From Trypanosoma brucei (lineage: Eukaryota), in the NCBI GenBank assembly GCA_000002445.1, contig CM000208.1, positions 384,001 to 448,000 of the forward strand: 64,000 nucleotides of DNA, read 5' to 3'. The stretch's first letter is position 1. Each line of letters opens with the position of its first letter. Below, in pieces: positions 33,917-46,188 of this stretch. Below the pieces are notes generated by a model. That model did no database searches. It was not told the origin of the DNA and saw only the letters and a list, made by a program, of their open reading frames with translations. The translations under genes and the position numbers were made by a program.

Positions 33917-36900
33917 CTAGCGTAACTCAAAAAGAAAAAAATACAGGACTACGTACAATGAAGCATAAAGAAGTGAAAGCGGAAAAAGAAAAAAAGAGGT
34001 GAGAGAGTGCGCGACAATGTATAAGGTTCAGATTTTGCTATGGTGCGTAATATACTCCACAGAATACATACGCCTTTATGCGAGTTTGTGTGTACGAAAA
34101 GGGAGGAAGAAAAAAGCGTAAGAGGTTGTCATCTTAACTCCTCCCGCAGCGGTAAATCATAACACCACTCAAACCACACCAACACCTCCACTATTGCGTT
34201 ACCTACACTAAGCTGTACCATTCCTCCCATCTAGTCACACAACAACAACAACAACATAATAATAATAATAATAACCTAAACAACACAATAATATTCTCAT
34301 AATAATAACAATAGCATCTGTATTGTGGTCACAGTCATAGCGGTGACAATGACATTTTGGACAAGTGAGAGAAGAGAGGGAGAGAGCGGTAGAGTGGAAC
34401 AAACCCGTACGCGTAAAGGGGGGAAGAAAAGAAAAAAAAATGAAACAAAACCAAAAGAAAAAAAAATGAGAAATAAAAACAACAATGCTAATGACAACAA
34501 GCACAGCAAGGAAGGAAGTAAAGAGGTAAGAAGACAACAAAAGGAAGCGCAGCAAACCAAACAAATCTTCAATTTTAAAAAAAAAAATGAACCAACTTAA
34601 GGAGCCCCAATTCCTCCTATCACCCTCCACAAACACAATCTCATGTGTGATATAATGGACCAAAATGAAAAATTAAAAAAAGTTTTGCTGCAAGCCGACC
34701 TTAAGCGCTTCGTTTTGGGCCGGCACTGCAGAAGCTTTTCTCTCTGCATCCTTATCTCTTTCTTTTTTCTCTTTTAAAATACACTTTTCATTTATTTTTT
34801 TTTTCACTGCTTTCCTCCCCCTCTCTTTCCACCTATTTATTCACCCGTTTCTTAATTCATTTGCCTGCTTCATCTTCACCAGTTTCCCTCCCTCGCCTCC
34901 CTCCCACACTTCTCCACCAATGCCGCCCGGAGTTTTGCGATTCTGAGATGTGCACCTTTTTCTTTTTTTCTTCGTCGTTACATTTTTTTTTCTTTGTACC
35001 TTCTCATGCAAGGCACACACATTCCCTTTTTTCCGTCTAATTCCTCTTTCTTTCCACCTCTTTTAAGAACAAGAGCAAAAAAGAAAAATGCTGGTGTTCA
35101 TATGGGCATGCACAAATACATCTGAAATAATTTGAAGGAAGGAGGAAAATGAAAGGAAAAAAAAGGATGCAAATGCTAGTGTAGATAAATATATCTTTTA
35201 CGTATAAAAACAAATAAATGTAATTAGAGGAAGAAGAAAGAAAGAGACAAATAAAGGGAGAAAAAAGAAAAAGAAGAGCAACATAAGAAAAAAAAAGAGG
35301 AGGAAAGATAAATAACAACAGGGCAAGTAATACCCTCAAACTTAATATAAAATAATATAAAAGGGGAAAAAAGAAAAAGAAGAAACTGCTGATCATCATA
35401 TGCGCGACTCGCATGGAGGGAGGAAAGAGAAGAAGAGTTTACCCGCTTTGTTCAGTTCAGAAGTTAATTATCCTGCTCAACAACACGTAAAGGACGGCGT
35501 CACTCCTTCCAAATTCAATTCATAAATAAAAATAGTCATGCAATTCTCATGTCCCCATTGTTTGATTATATTATATTATATACATCGTTGCAGTTCTCAT
35601 AACCAATGGCTCATACCAAAATAATAATAATATTATTGTGATTAATTGTTGTTATTCTTAATGAAAATGGAAGGGGAACCAACCTTCAGTTATTCTTTAC
35701 CTCTCTTCGTATATATCTATATTTATATTCATTTATTCATTGGTCTCTTTCCTTATCACTGTATAAGCAAACACACACCGCAGGTTCGGAGACCGAGTAA
35801 AATGGCACGAGGGAAGAGAAAAGGGAATACAAGAACGCAAAAAAAAAGTGTAAGAACAAAAAACAAACAAAAGCACCAAAACAAACTCATCAATGGCACG
35901 ACGAGGAATAATGAAGAGAATGATGGTGAAATAAAAACAAAAAGGGGGCAAAAGGCGGCTCTATGAGAAGAACACACGCTGGAATCTCTTTGGTTTTGCG
36001 TCATTTATTCCCTTCTGTCACTCAATCCGTAAGTTTCATCCCCTTTCCTTCTTCTCTTTTTTTTTTTCTTCATGTTTCCTCACAACAAAATACGGTTACG
36101 GCAGTAGTACCAACCACAACTATGGTAACAGTGCCGCGGCTGATGACAATGATGGTAAATGTGAGTGTTGAAAAACAGGTTCGCAACTGTTGCATAATGA
36201 AAGGATCAGATGAGTGGAAAGAGGGGAATGCGTCCTCACGTGACAGCAGCGACACAGCAGGTAATGGAAATATAATGAAGAAGAAAAAAAAAGAAAAAGA
36301 AACAATAGCGGAAAAAACTAACAATGGAGCACAGGAAGGAAGGAAGGAAGAAAAATAAACTAAAACAAACAAATAAATATAACGGCGAAACAAAAAGAAA
36401 TGTACGACTGCTCTCTTCAGGCTCCTTTCACACACTTCTCCCCCCCCAAAAAAAAAAAATCGTTTTGTTTTGATGGTTTTATTTTCCTGTATTTATTCTC
36501 TTAAGCACAGACACACTTTACTACATTTCCCTGAACCCCTCACCGGCTATTACAACAATCATTGCAAAGTAACACATCATCATATTGTTTGCTCATAATA
36601 TTCCGTACGGAGTAAAAATATGAACACAACAAACGCGTGAAGCCGATCGCATTTAAGCTGTGACAATTTCTCCTATATTTCCCCCTTCATATGTATGTTC
36701 TTTTCCTTGTATACGACAACACAGACATATATTTGTGTTTGCTGTTTTTTTTTGCATTTTTACTCATGAGTTTTGTATTCAATTATCTCCCTTTTTATTT
36801 GCCGCGTCATGCGTTTTACCTCAACGGGGGAACACATAAGGGTTGTAAACATTGCGCCTCCGAAGCAGGCACATGTAAAGTGAAGCGAGGGGGTAATGGG

Positions 36901-37253
36901 GAAGAGAGGGCAGCGCACTCCATCACACGCGTATGAATGAATAAAATGATATGAGATGAGATAGAAAGGAAAGAAAATGGAAAATAAATGGAAAATAAAT
37001 CATACAAATACCTAAGTATTTGCTACTCGCTCATGCGTGCAAGTACGAAAACGAAAAAAATGAAAAAAAGTCAAACGACATCAAGCCGCATGCTCGCGCC
37101 ATGTCCGTACGGTTAGATGGGAAAATTTAATCGAAAGTTGCGTAAGCGAGTGAATTACGCGTGCTAACTAAAGGCGTGAGAGTGCGGTTTCATATTGTCT
37201 GACGTTAGCTCATTGTTCCCATGCACCCGTACTGGTTTAGTCCAATTTCTTTC

Positions 37254-37274
37254 GTGTGTGTGTGTGTGTGTGTG
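37254..37274. repeat. (GT)10 microsatellite
   Basis: Direct reading of the sequence. Confidence 0.95.
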
Positions 37275-37545
37275 CGCGCACGTCTGTGGCAAATAACAGA
37301 AAACGAACAAAGCTTTTTTAAAAGGGTAATGGAGGGGGGAAATGAAGAAAATAAATAAACAAATAAATAAATAAATGGAGTTAAAAAGTTAAACGCTTCC
37401 CCCCTAACCCCCAGCACCTCCCGCACCCTTCCCCTTCTCCTCTTTCACCTTAATTTTGGCACTTCAGCCCACTTGACTCAGAGTCACAGCGGAACCCAAG
37501 TCCAGCTGAAGGAAGTAGAAACACACAAACGTAAAGGCACATACG

Positions 37546-37568
37546 TATATATATATATATATATATAT
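37546..37568. repeat. (TA)11 microsatellite
   Basis: Direct reading of the sequence. Confidence 0.95.
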
Positions 37569-38074
37569 TAAGTATATAAATGTTGAGTATATGAACAGTG
37601 AGAAAATCATGTCAGATGTCAAAACCCGCATACCATCACTGCTGCTATTAATTCGGTCTCTACCCACCACACTCTTCACACCCATCACCACCACCTACAA
37701 CTCGAATCCCGCACAAAAAGACATATGAATGTATATATGTATACATATACATATGCGCGATATTAAAACACACGTGATGCCTTCAGTGTGGTACAATCTC
37801 TCAACAAGATTGAATGAAAATACCCTTACTTATTCATGTCACTTTTTACACGCCACTTTTTTACTCGTTTTTTTTATCGCCTCTTTATCTGCTTCTTCCT
37901 TTCCTCCACCATTCCTCAAACATATGCATCATTTCGCTACCCACAAACACAAATGGATACTACTACTTCTTTCGATCCTTTACTCTATAAACCCCTTTAC
38001 CATCATTTAAAATCCCCCATACGAGGAGCACCTTAACGGCACCAAAGATGTTACACATTGCTGTGGACCACCGC

Positions 38075-39769
38075 CTACGCTTTTTGCCGACGTTTCGCAC
38101 TACCGCGACCACTATTGTTGGATTGGCCCGTCAAATGCCTGCTACCACGCCTATGGCTGCCACTACAGGCATTCCTGTCGCTGCCGTTTATCCCACAGGG
38201 CGGCACACCCGCTCCAGCGGCGCAGCCGTTGCCGCTACCATTTTTGCTGTTTGGACATGTGTAGTTGTTATAACTAACACTGGCGCCATTGCGGGAGCGG
38301 GATGCACTTTCAGATCCCCTACCGTTCAAAAAGGGACTGGCACCAGCGCTTCCGTTACCATTAGTATTGTGGCCGCGATGAGTACTGCCTCTTTCACGGC
38401 CGCCTTCACCAGCAGACTTGGGTCGTACGTCAAAAATCCTTAAAACTCGGGTCACATTCGACGATCCTGCCGCAGCGGCGCCTAAATTAGGAGATCCATT
38501 TTGGCCAAGCGAACGCTGTGACGCGGGAGCGAACGGAGTGGCATCTCCCATCCCACAACTCGCAGGGCTTGTGCCACCACGGGGGGCAGTGTACAAGTTG
38601 GCATCACCTAAACTGAGCGGAGAAGCAGAATTAATCGCCGCATCCACACCAGGGTTGGCGCAGGAGACAACCTGATTCGCATGTTGGTATGGCTGCGATG
38701 CCGGTGTCATTCTCGCAGCCGGAGTGTTGTTCATAACGGAACGCCGTTGTTGATCGCAAATGATGTTAAACACCTCGTCAGTGACGTCCCCCAGGGAAAG
38801 CATCGTCGAAGAGTAGCTCCTCTCTCCGATGTTGATCATGGTCATTGATGGAGTAATACCGTTAAGCAAACACACCAAGTTTGGAGGGGGTGGGAGTTGC
38901 AAGTCATACTCGCGGCAAATATGAATATTTTTGCAATCTTCCACATAGCGGCAGAGCCGCGAAATGTGTAACCGACATACGTCCTTCGCGGGAACATCCA
39001 GTACATCCTTTCGCTCCACCTTCGCGCCATTCGCCGCACCTTGGTTGGTTTCGCCGAGGTTTTGTGACTGCTCTTCTTTCTCTTTCGCCGCTTGCGCACT
39101 CTGAGCTATGATCAACTGCAGACCGACCGTCAGTGCAACTCTTTCAGCGGGGATTAAATCAGATTGCTCACCGTTTGTGCCGCGGCTACTGTAACTCCCT
39201 TCATTTCCCACAAGTCGGATGAACTTAAACCGGTCGGTGAGCTCTGTGGTGCTGTGGGGATCCTTGTGCAGTCGGCAACACGTGGGGGCGTTGAGGGCCT
39301 GTTGACGGAGCATCGGAAGAACATGAGGAGGCACGTGGGCCTGTCGACACCACTCGTGTCGGCAGTGGCCCTCCAGAAAGGACAAACACAGCGATGGCAG
39401 CGCTCCTTTGTTGGCCGTCGCATGAGTCGGAACCATAAGCGATAACGGCACGCGCAGCTTTCGCGAGTGAGGGTCCAGCACCCACATGTAGAGCTCACCC
39501 CCCTTCACTTCATCATCACCGGCTCCGAATTTATCATCGTAACCGCAACCTGGGGAGTCTGAGTCAACGAAGTGGTGTACAGGACCTTCTGGGTGGACAA
39601 CACGCTGAACAGAGCAGGGATATGGTGGTGGCGAGACAGCGTTGGTGGCAACAGTCAAGGCGCCGTTGGGGCTAAGATATGAATCAGGTGGAATCGGTCT
39701 CTCCTCATCGGTGACGCACCACCTCGACACCCGCTCCTCTTCAATATCGTTCCTGTCAGCGGGAGGCAT
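38075..39769 (-). CDS. CCCH-type zinc-finger protein with two fingers and a Ser/Gly/Asn-rich C-terminus. It may correspond to T. brucei ZC3H30.
   Basis: The two CCCH fingers are CLSFLEGHCRHEWCRQAH (C-x7-C-x4-C-x3-H) and CRLHISRLCRYVEDCKNIH (C-x7-C-x5-C-x3-H). The ATG was checked. The ZC3H30 assignment rests only on recalled locus order. Confidence 0.75.
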   Translation of the reverse strand: MPPADRNDIEEERVSRWCVTDEERPIPPDSYLSPNGALTVATNAVSPPPYPCSVQRVVHPEGPVHHFVDSDSPGCGYDDKFGAGDDEVKGGELYMWVLDPHSRKLRVPLSLMVPTHATANKGALPSLCLSFLEGHCRHEWCRQAHVPPHVLPMLRQQALNAPTCCRLHKDPHSTTELTDRFKFIRLVGNEGSYSSRGTNGEQSDLIPAERVALTVGLQLIIAQSAQAAKEKEEQSQNLGETNQGAANGAKVERKDVLDVPAKDVCRLHISRLCRYVEDCKNIHICREYDLQLPPPPNLVCLLNGITPSMTMINIGERSYSSTMLSLGDVTDEVFNIICDQQRRSVMNNTPAARMTPASQPYQHANQVVSCANPGVDAAINSASPLSLGDANLYTAPRGGTSPASCGMGDATPFAPASQRSLGQNGSPNLGAAAAGSSNVTRVLRIFDVRPKSAGEGGRERGSTHRGHNTNGNGSAGASPFLNGRGSESASRSRNGASVSYNNYTCPNSKNGSGNGCAAGAGVPPCGINGSDRNACSGSHRRGSRHLTGQSNNSGRGSAKRRQKA

Positions 39770-41396
39770 GTTAAAGCGGCACCAATCTGCCCCTTCTATT
39801 TATTCAATTTGATTATTACTCGGGTAACTTTACTATTTCGCACCCCTGGTTATTGCTGTTGGCCCTTAAACTCTCTTATTCGCGAATGCGCCCTTTTCCT
39901 ATTCTTCCTCAAAATGGTATGTTCTCTCCTCTTCCTTCCTTCGCACACCGATACTCTGTAACAAGAAACAAAGTAAATGGTCAGAGCGGTGATAAAAGTC
40001 GAGTAGGGGAATAGCTCTAATCTCGTTTGGTTTTCCCCCGGTGCAATGCTTTTTCGGAGACTTATTTCCTGTTTGTGTACCTTTTATCCCTCTACCTTTC
40101 TCTTCAGTGTTCCTTTCCTTCCTCTGGGGTTTCACTATATCTCTTTTTTGAGCTTGCTGCAGGTTATGTTTTTTTCCTTCCCTCTTGCTTCCTCTCGTCT
40201 ACAGTAGTTCAGGGGTGTGCAAACAAGAAGAAAAGAAAAGTGTGCAGCTAACATCTATACACTAAGAACAGGTAAATTACATTCATTGAACTTGTTCATA
40301 TACGTATGTATTTTAGCTGGGTCCTCTCCACTGAATCATAACAAAAACAACAGAGGAGTGGTGCAGCACCTCCTCCCCGTGTGCGGACGGTCGTTCAAGA
40401 GGAGAGCGACAGAAACGAGGGCCCCACAATGTACTCCAACAGGAGGGTTTCAAAAACAAGTATGGTAAAGTTAAATAAAAACAGGGGGGGGGGTGAAGAA
40501 GAAAATGTAGAAAACAAAATGTGCATTTAAAAACCCTAATGATTGTCACGAGAACATAGGCGAAAATCTAAAGGAAAGGAAGCAAACTTTCCCTTTATCA
40601 CACATTTTTCTTCCTAAATGCTATTAAGTTATTTTGGTTTGTCTTCTCGCCCTTTTTCTTCTCTTTTCTAACATCCTTTGTAGCGGTCGCGGCGGTACTT
40701 CATGGTATACCAATTGTTGTTGAAACGCAAGTGAGGAAGAAAATGAGAAAGAAAACAGAGTGGCATTTTGAAGGCGGCTCGGCGCCAAAGGTGAAGTGAG
40801 AGAGCAACGTTGTAAAAGAACAGGCAACTCCACGATTCAACCAACGAACGGAAGTAACGGAGATGGCAGAGCGCCTTTAAAAGGAGGAAAAAAAAAGCCG
40901 ATGCGAAGAAGGAAGGTGAGGGCAGGGCTTTACAAATTGGACCGGACATGTCACAACCACTGCGGTATGTCACACCAAAAACGAGCGGGCGCAGAAGCAA
41001 AAGATAATAATATATATAGAAAAGGATAGGAGACAATGTCACTTGTCGAGCAGCAGCCCACACACTGACCAACAAACATCCCTCGCATTACCCACCGCAC
41101 CCACCTTGAATGTCAACGCCTACACTACCGACCATAAAATGCTTGTATGATGGCATCCCCTAACAGACGGTTACCTCTTCCGCTTACCCACCCCTCATCA
41201 CCATCCGTCCTGCACTTCCTTTTTCTTTCTTTATTGTCTCGGCTCACTTACTTCATTTCTTGTGCCCACATTTGCAGCCACAGGCGCATAGCCCCCTTCC
41301 AGTCCTACACGCACACACGTATCTTCTCCCTCCCCTTCATCGCCCTTGTATCGCCTTCTCATTGGATCATCATCTATTCCCAATGCATCCAGCGAG

Positions 41397-42845
41397 CTAT
41401 GAAGCAGTCGCACCCGATTGTTGCAATTGGGCGAGAGTGATGTTATGTAGCATACGCTCCTTTACAATAAGGTGTGAAACTTTATCCAACAGCGCCACAC
41501 TGCGCCCTACAGCTTCGTCCCATGCCGTCACCACATCATTGGCGTTTTTATTCGCCTCAAAAACGACTAACCCATCCACGCGATCAATCTTCGCGTACAG
41601 TGTGCGCGAGGCGACCATCATCATGAGGAATTCCTCCGTGTGCTGCGGCGTGAGACCCACCAATTCGGCCAGTCGAACAAGACGCAGTCGGCGATAGAAG
41701 CGGGAAATGACCAAGAGGTCGTGTTCGCTGCAGCGGCTACGAAGCAACGCCTGGCGCTCAGGGAACCCAGCGAGCTGCGGGTGATTTATGCAGAGGGCCT
41801 CTACATCATCAGCAACACGCTCACGTATGAGTTCAATACTCGTAAACTTCTCCAGTAGGTATTGAAGTTGCGGATTCTCCTCCAACCGCTTCCTCAGAGT
41901 AGTAGTGATGCCTTGAATTGCTGCCGTGCGGTCGGCAAATTTTGTGGCGGGGGAAAAGGCAGCGCACTCAGCATGATCCTCCAGTTCCTTTGGCGACGAG
42001 TGCTCGGCGATAAGATAGTGCACCGCCATGCTGCTTAGGGCTGAAACACAGGCTGTTTCATCCGTTTCGGAAAGGAATGTCTCGTACCAACAGCGAGCCA
42101 CATGGAAGTAAGAACGGCGCTGCGCGAAATATTCGCGCATCAGTTCGAAATATTTAAGCTTCGCCTGCAAGGCCCCGGGTCTTGACAGGGCACGGTGGTT
42201 TATTCGGCGCGACACAAGCCGCGCGAGCTCATAATCCTCCAACTCGAGGCACAACCGGATCAAGCGGTTAAGAGCATCGAGTTTCTCCACGCGGGGCATA
42301 TTTGTCACTGTTTCCACATGCAACCCACTGAGCAAGTCGCACGCCGCCCGCTTCTCCCCATCGTCCTCCATTAACTTCGCTAAGTCGATAGCGAATCGCA
42401 CGTGCTCAAGCTCCACATGGATACGGCTGTCAGTAAGATGCACTACGCGCTCCAACACGATGCGGCGCTGCTCACGTGACAGATTGCCTTCAGTGAGGAG
42501 GACACCGCATTCAGCGATCATGGCACCCTGTGATTGTTTGGTTTGCCCACGCTTGCGCATGAGAGTTTCCAATGTGTCAAGCATTTTTTCGTGATCTCCA
42601 TGAACGCGGTAGATCCGCAATATTTCAACTACAAGACGTTTTGCCGACAGAGCATCACCACCTAGGCGCGCCATTTTCTCGAGAGCCAAAAGCTCATTAA
42701 CGAGATCGTCCAAGCTCGAATTGGTACTGCGCAAGAGAACAGGAATGGCGGTAGCATTGATGCGTTCGAGCAACGCATCTGTCGCCTCGCTGTGATCCTC
42801 CTCCTGCTTGAAGCTCGCACACTTCCACTGGTCTACGTCGGTCAT
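41397..42845 (-). CDS. RPN5: 26S proteasome regulatory non-ATPase subunit RPN5 (PCI-domain protein)
   Basis: Blocks align with yeast Rpn5 as recalled: LVNELLALEKMAR versus LDQLLVLEKKTR, and LSGLHVETVTNMPRVEK...YELARLVSRRI versus LCELQVETYGSMEMSEK...YSQATVLSRKI. A C-terminal PCI region is present (...LYAKIDRVDGLVVFE...). The ATG was checked. Confidence 0.75.
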   Translation of the reverse strand: MTDVDQWKCASFKQEEDHSEATDALLERINATAIPVLLRSTNSSLDDLVNELLALEKMARLGGDALSAKRLVVEILRIYRVHGDHEKMLDTLETLMRKRGQTKQSQGAMIAECGVLLTEGNLSREQRRIVLERVVHLTDSRIHVELEHVRFAIDLAKLMEDDGEKRAACDLLSGLHVETVTNMPRVEKLDALNRLIRLCLELEDYELARLVSRRINHRALSRPGALQAKLKYFELMREYFAQRRSYFHVARCWYETFLSETDETACVSALSSMAVHYLIAEHSSPKELEDHAECAAFSPATKFADRTAAIQGITTTLRKRLEENPQLQYLLEKFTSIELIRERVADDVEALCINHPQLAGFPERQALLRSRCSEHDLLVISRFYRRLRLVRLAELVGLTPQHTEEFLMMMVASRTLYAKIDRVDGLVVFEANKNANDVVTAWDEAVGRSVALLDKVSHLIVKERMLHNITLAQLQQSGATAS

Positions 42846-43704
42846 GTTATATCGTACCTGTATGTCGATCTGGCTGTACGTGTAGACTCACAGTAACCTT
42901 TTCGCTCTGCTGCAACCGCAAGTTTCACCACTGCAGTTTTGTGTCGACCTCCCGCACGGCTGTCGTCACTTCCGCTGCTGTTTTCCTTGCCCGCCTCCCC
43001 TCGACTTTTTAAACTCTTCTGCTCTACCACACAAACAAACAAATACACGCACACTTGTCTTTGATTTGCTTACCTTGCAGATACGTGTTGTTGTCTTCAG
43101 CTTTCCTTTCAATCTCGAGTAAAGGTAATAATAGTGGCAGCAAAAAAAAAAAAGCGGCATTTGATGAAATTAGTATGCATCAACACAGAGTCTCACACGT
43201 AACCCTCACATCCCTCCACTGTACCCGGAAGAAGACAAGAGGGAAGGATGCCAAAATGAGGCTACATCACGAAACAAAAGCCCAAAGAGTTTCCCCTTTT
43301 GTTATTGGTACCGCTCATTTCCCCCTGCATCTCTTTATTCACTTCTTTGCTTAACAATTTTAATACTGCAGGCCGTGTGTTTGCTTCTAATCATTAGATA
43401 TTTGACCTTTATCGCACTTACTCGTAGTTACTACGTCATTTCGCCGCGCGCCGCACGCTGTGCTATAAAAACACAAACACAAGAAAAACTGCACCAACTC
43501 ACCAGTTAATAAACGGACAATCGACAACCTCCGTAGGGCCACGTGCACGGAAGAAGGACAAAAACATACAACTGGCAGAAGCGGGAGACGAAATTGAAGG
43601 AGGGTGCAAAGAGAAGAAGATGGACGGGCGATCGCAAATAGTCGCCCCACCACTTAATGAACAGCATGTCCCCTCAACTCCCGTTGGGGTATCGTCGAAC
43701 GCCT

Positions 43705-46188
43705 CTAGTTGGAAGCCCCTCCAGGTCGCAAAAGTATACCTTCGTATTCCGTGAAACCGGCGTCAGCATGTGGGCGACGCCCCATGAATACCCAGTCAGG
43801 TAGTAATGCGTCATTCATGGCGGTCTTTCTTCCCTTCTGATTATGCTCTTCCTCACTTACCTCCTCATCTTCCTCTTCCCTCCCCTGGTGCTGCCGTTGC
43901 TGCTTTTGCTCCTCGCAGATCGGTTGTTCTTGTTTGTGCTGCACAAACGGTAACACATCGTTCAAATACAGACGGGCCTGAGCCACGACATCGGCGTGTT
44001 GACTCCTCTTCAATAGCAGCTGTTGCGACCAGTCATTGGTGGTGTAACGGTTGTGAAGCATCCGTTCTACACGCATTTCGCTCGCTCCGCTGAGAAACCC
44101 AACCGACTCTTGCCGCCTCTCCTTCACTTCATCATTTTTCTCATCATCACCTTCGGCACCGCGACCCGCATCCCCTTTTGTGCGGCCATCGAATCCCCCC
44201 AGAACGCGGCCTGCCATTCGGCCCTTTACAATGCATTCCAGTAAAACTTGACTACGTGTGGTGTGATTAACAATCGCATGTCCCAAGTCACGCGAGGCGC
44301 GCAGTAACAACACTACCGTCTCCACATCCTCTGCCCTCAAATGAGCCCCCACCCTTCTCGACAAGGTAATTATTTGCATTGCAACGTCTGTCAAAGAGGT
44401 CGTGGCCACGCCGTAAAATAGCTGTTGCGCTGCTGATGGCTCCGCTGAGTGGCGGAGCGCACATGCCACCGATGAAAAGAGCCGTCGCAGGGCCCGCTGC
44501 CCAAAAAGACGCAACGCCCGACGCATGTGCCCTGGGTTCCATGGAACGGCAAATGCGGGAACGCCATCCGCAATCTGCTTCATTTTACCGCGATGCTCTC
44601 CGACATTCCACCCCACACCAAGAAGAAATAACAGTCCCTGCACAGCGTTGTGCCACTGTTTGGCTAAACGTGTGTGAACAAACGGTGCCGTCTCAATTGC
44701 AAACACTGTTACAAGCACCGTCTTTACCTCCCGCACCCCATCCCCCATGCGAGATAAGGGGGTTGCCAAAGCGTAATGCAAGTAAAGGGGCAGCCACGAC
44801 CCAGTTACACGTTCCTTGTTAAGCAGAGAAAGTTCCTGGTGATATTCCACCTCAGCAGCCTCACCGTCGTCGCCGTCCACACCGCTCCCTACAACCGTGC
44901 GCAGGGCAGGCACATCGGAGCGAAACGGCTCGGGAAGCGGAAGCCATGTCGCCCCGCGTAGCACATCGGTCGTGTAAGGCCCACTTGCCAGCGAAACCTC
45001 AGCGAATTCCATTCGCCTCCACCACTGCTCCGTCTCCACAACCTCAGAAGTCGAAGAATCCTCAGCGGTATCCTGCCATTGTGACACAACAATGTGTGTC
45101 TCCTTCTCAGAATCGTACATAGTTGCAAGTGGAGTGCGCCGGGCCGTCAGGTGGATTAGGTCAAAGGAAGTCATTGTGAAAGACCCTTCGGAGGGCGAGT
45201 CCTGTGGAACCAGGCACGTAAACTGCAACACGTATAACGAACTCTCCTTAAGGCGAAGTGTCACCACCAGCATATACGATCCAGCAAACTCAACCCGCTC
45301 CGCAATTGTGTCTTTGGGAAAAGTGATGTGCTGTAACTTCCGCGACGCACAAGGGGCCATCAGATCTAACACATAACACTTTGAGCCATTGTCGTTCAAC
45401 ACAGCTGCGTAAGTCCGGTCCTTTGTCTTCGTTTCAGCACCGCCTTTCCCGCAACAGTTGCGAGAAACCACTAGCGCAGGTGTGGTGTGCGTGCCGCGGG
45501 TACGCCGAATCATGACGCTCAATGAGGCAACCTGCTCGCACGTCGTCTCCATTGTTTCCATGCGGGACACGGTAGCCCGTACCAAGCGGCCGCTGCCTGT
45601 AAGCACAAGTAGTGATGTGGCTGAAAGTGCTTGAATGCTGCGAATACCTTCGGCAGTAAAACCTGTGTCCACCACACGGGCTTCAGATATGAATGACCGC
45701 CACCTGACATTGCTTAGGTTCTCAGAGGATGGGATACTAAACCTTGTGGCAATACACAACTCTGCCCGGGTTTCACTCTCGTCCTTGCATTCGACGAGGA
45801 AGGCAACAATATTAGCACTTAGACAGCACACGTCAAGCACGCGCGCCGCGGGGTCGGCGGAACTAGCACGCGCCACCCACTGCAGTGCCCACGTGTCGCA
45901 TCGGAATACGGCGACGTGGAAGAATAGCTCTGTTGATGCTTGTCCTTTTGTACGATTGAAAGCCACGGCTACGTGCTCACCCGCCAACTTTCGTTTCTTT
46001 GACCGACCCATTCCAGCGTCTTGCGCACCCCCCGACGCAAAGGCACTCCATGAAGTTGCCCACGCAGCAGAGGCCTCAGGAGCGGCTTCACTTACCAGCC
46101 GTATCCTTCCCGACGGCCTTCTTCCGTGTAGATCCATGAACAAATCATGGTAAGCGACCCGCTTGCTCGCCGATAAACTGAGTGCCAT
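43705..46188 (-). CDS. Hypothetical protein of 827 aa
   Basis: A long ORF in the transcription-unit orientation. The track begins it at a TTG at 46194, and the first ATG is at 46188-46186. I recognise no domain. The C-terminus is acidic and Q-rich. Confidence 0.6.
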   Translation of the reverse strand: MALSLSASKRVAYHDLFMDLHGRRPSGRIRLVSEAAPEASAAWATSWSAFASGGAQDAGMGRSKKRKLAGEHVAVAFNRTKGQASTELFFHVAVFRCDTWALQWVARASSADPAARVLDVCCLSANIVAFLVECKDESETRAELCIATRFSIPSSENLSNVRWRSFISEARVVDTGFTAEGIRSIQALSATSLLVLTGSGRLVRATVSRMETMETTCEQVASLSVMIRRTRGTHTTPALVVSRNCCGKGGAETKTKDRTYAAVLNDNGSKCYVLDLMAPCASRKLQHITFPKDTIAERVEFAGSYMLVVTLRLKESSLYVLQFTCLVPQDSPSEGSFTMTSFDLIHLTARRTPLATMYDSEKETHIVVSQWQDTAEDSSTSEVVETEQWWRRMEFAEVSLASGPYTTDVLRGATWLPLPEPFRSDVPALRTVVGSGVDGDDGEAAEVEYHQELSLLNKERVTGSWLPLYLHYALATPLSRMGDGVREVKTVLVTVFAIETAPFVHTRLAKQWHNAVQGLLFLLGVGWNVGEHRGKMKQIADGVPAFAVPWNPGHMRRALRLFGQRALRRLFSSVACALRHSAEPSAAQQLFYGVATTSLTDVAMQIITLSRRVGAHLRAEDVETVVLLLRASRDLGHAIVNHTTRSQVLLECIVKGRMAGRVLGGFDGRTKGDAGRGAEGDDEKNDEVKERRQESVGFLSGASEMRVERMLHNRYTTNDWSQQLLLKRSQHADVVAQARLYLNDVLPFVQHKQEQPICEEQKQQRQHQGREEEDEEVSEEEHNQKGRKTAMNDALLPDWVFMGRRPHADAGFTEYEGILLRPGGASN

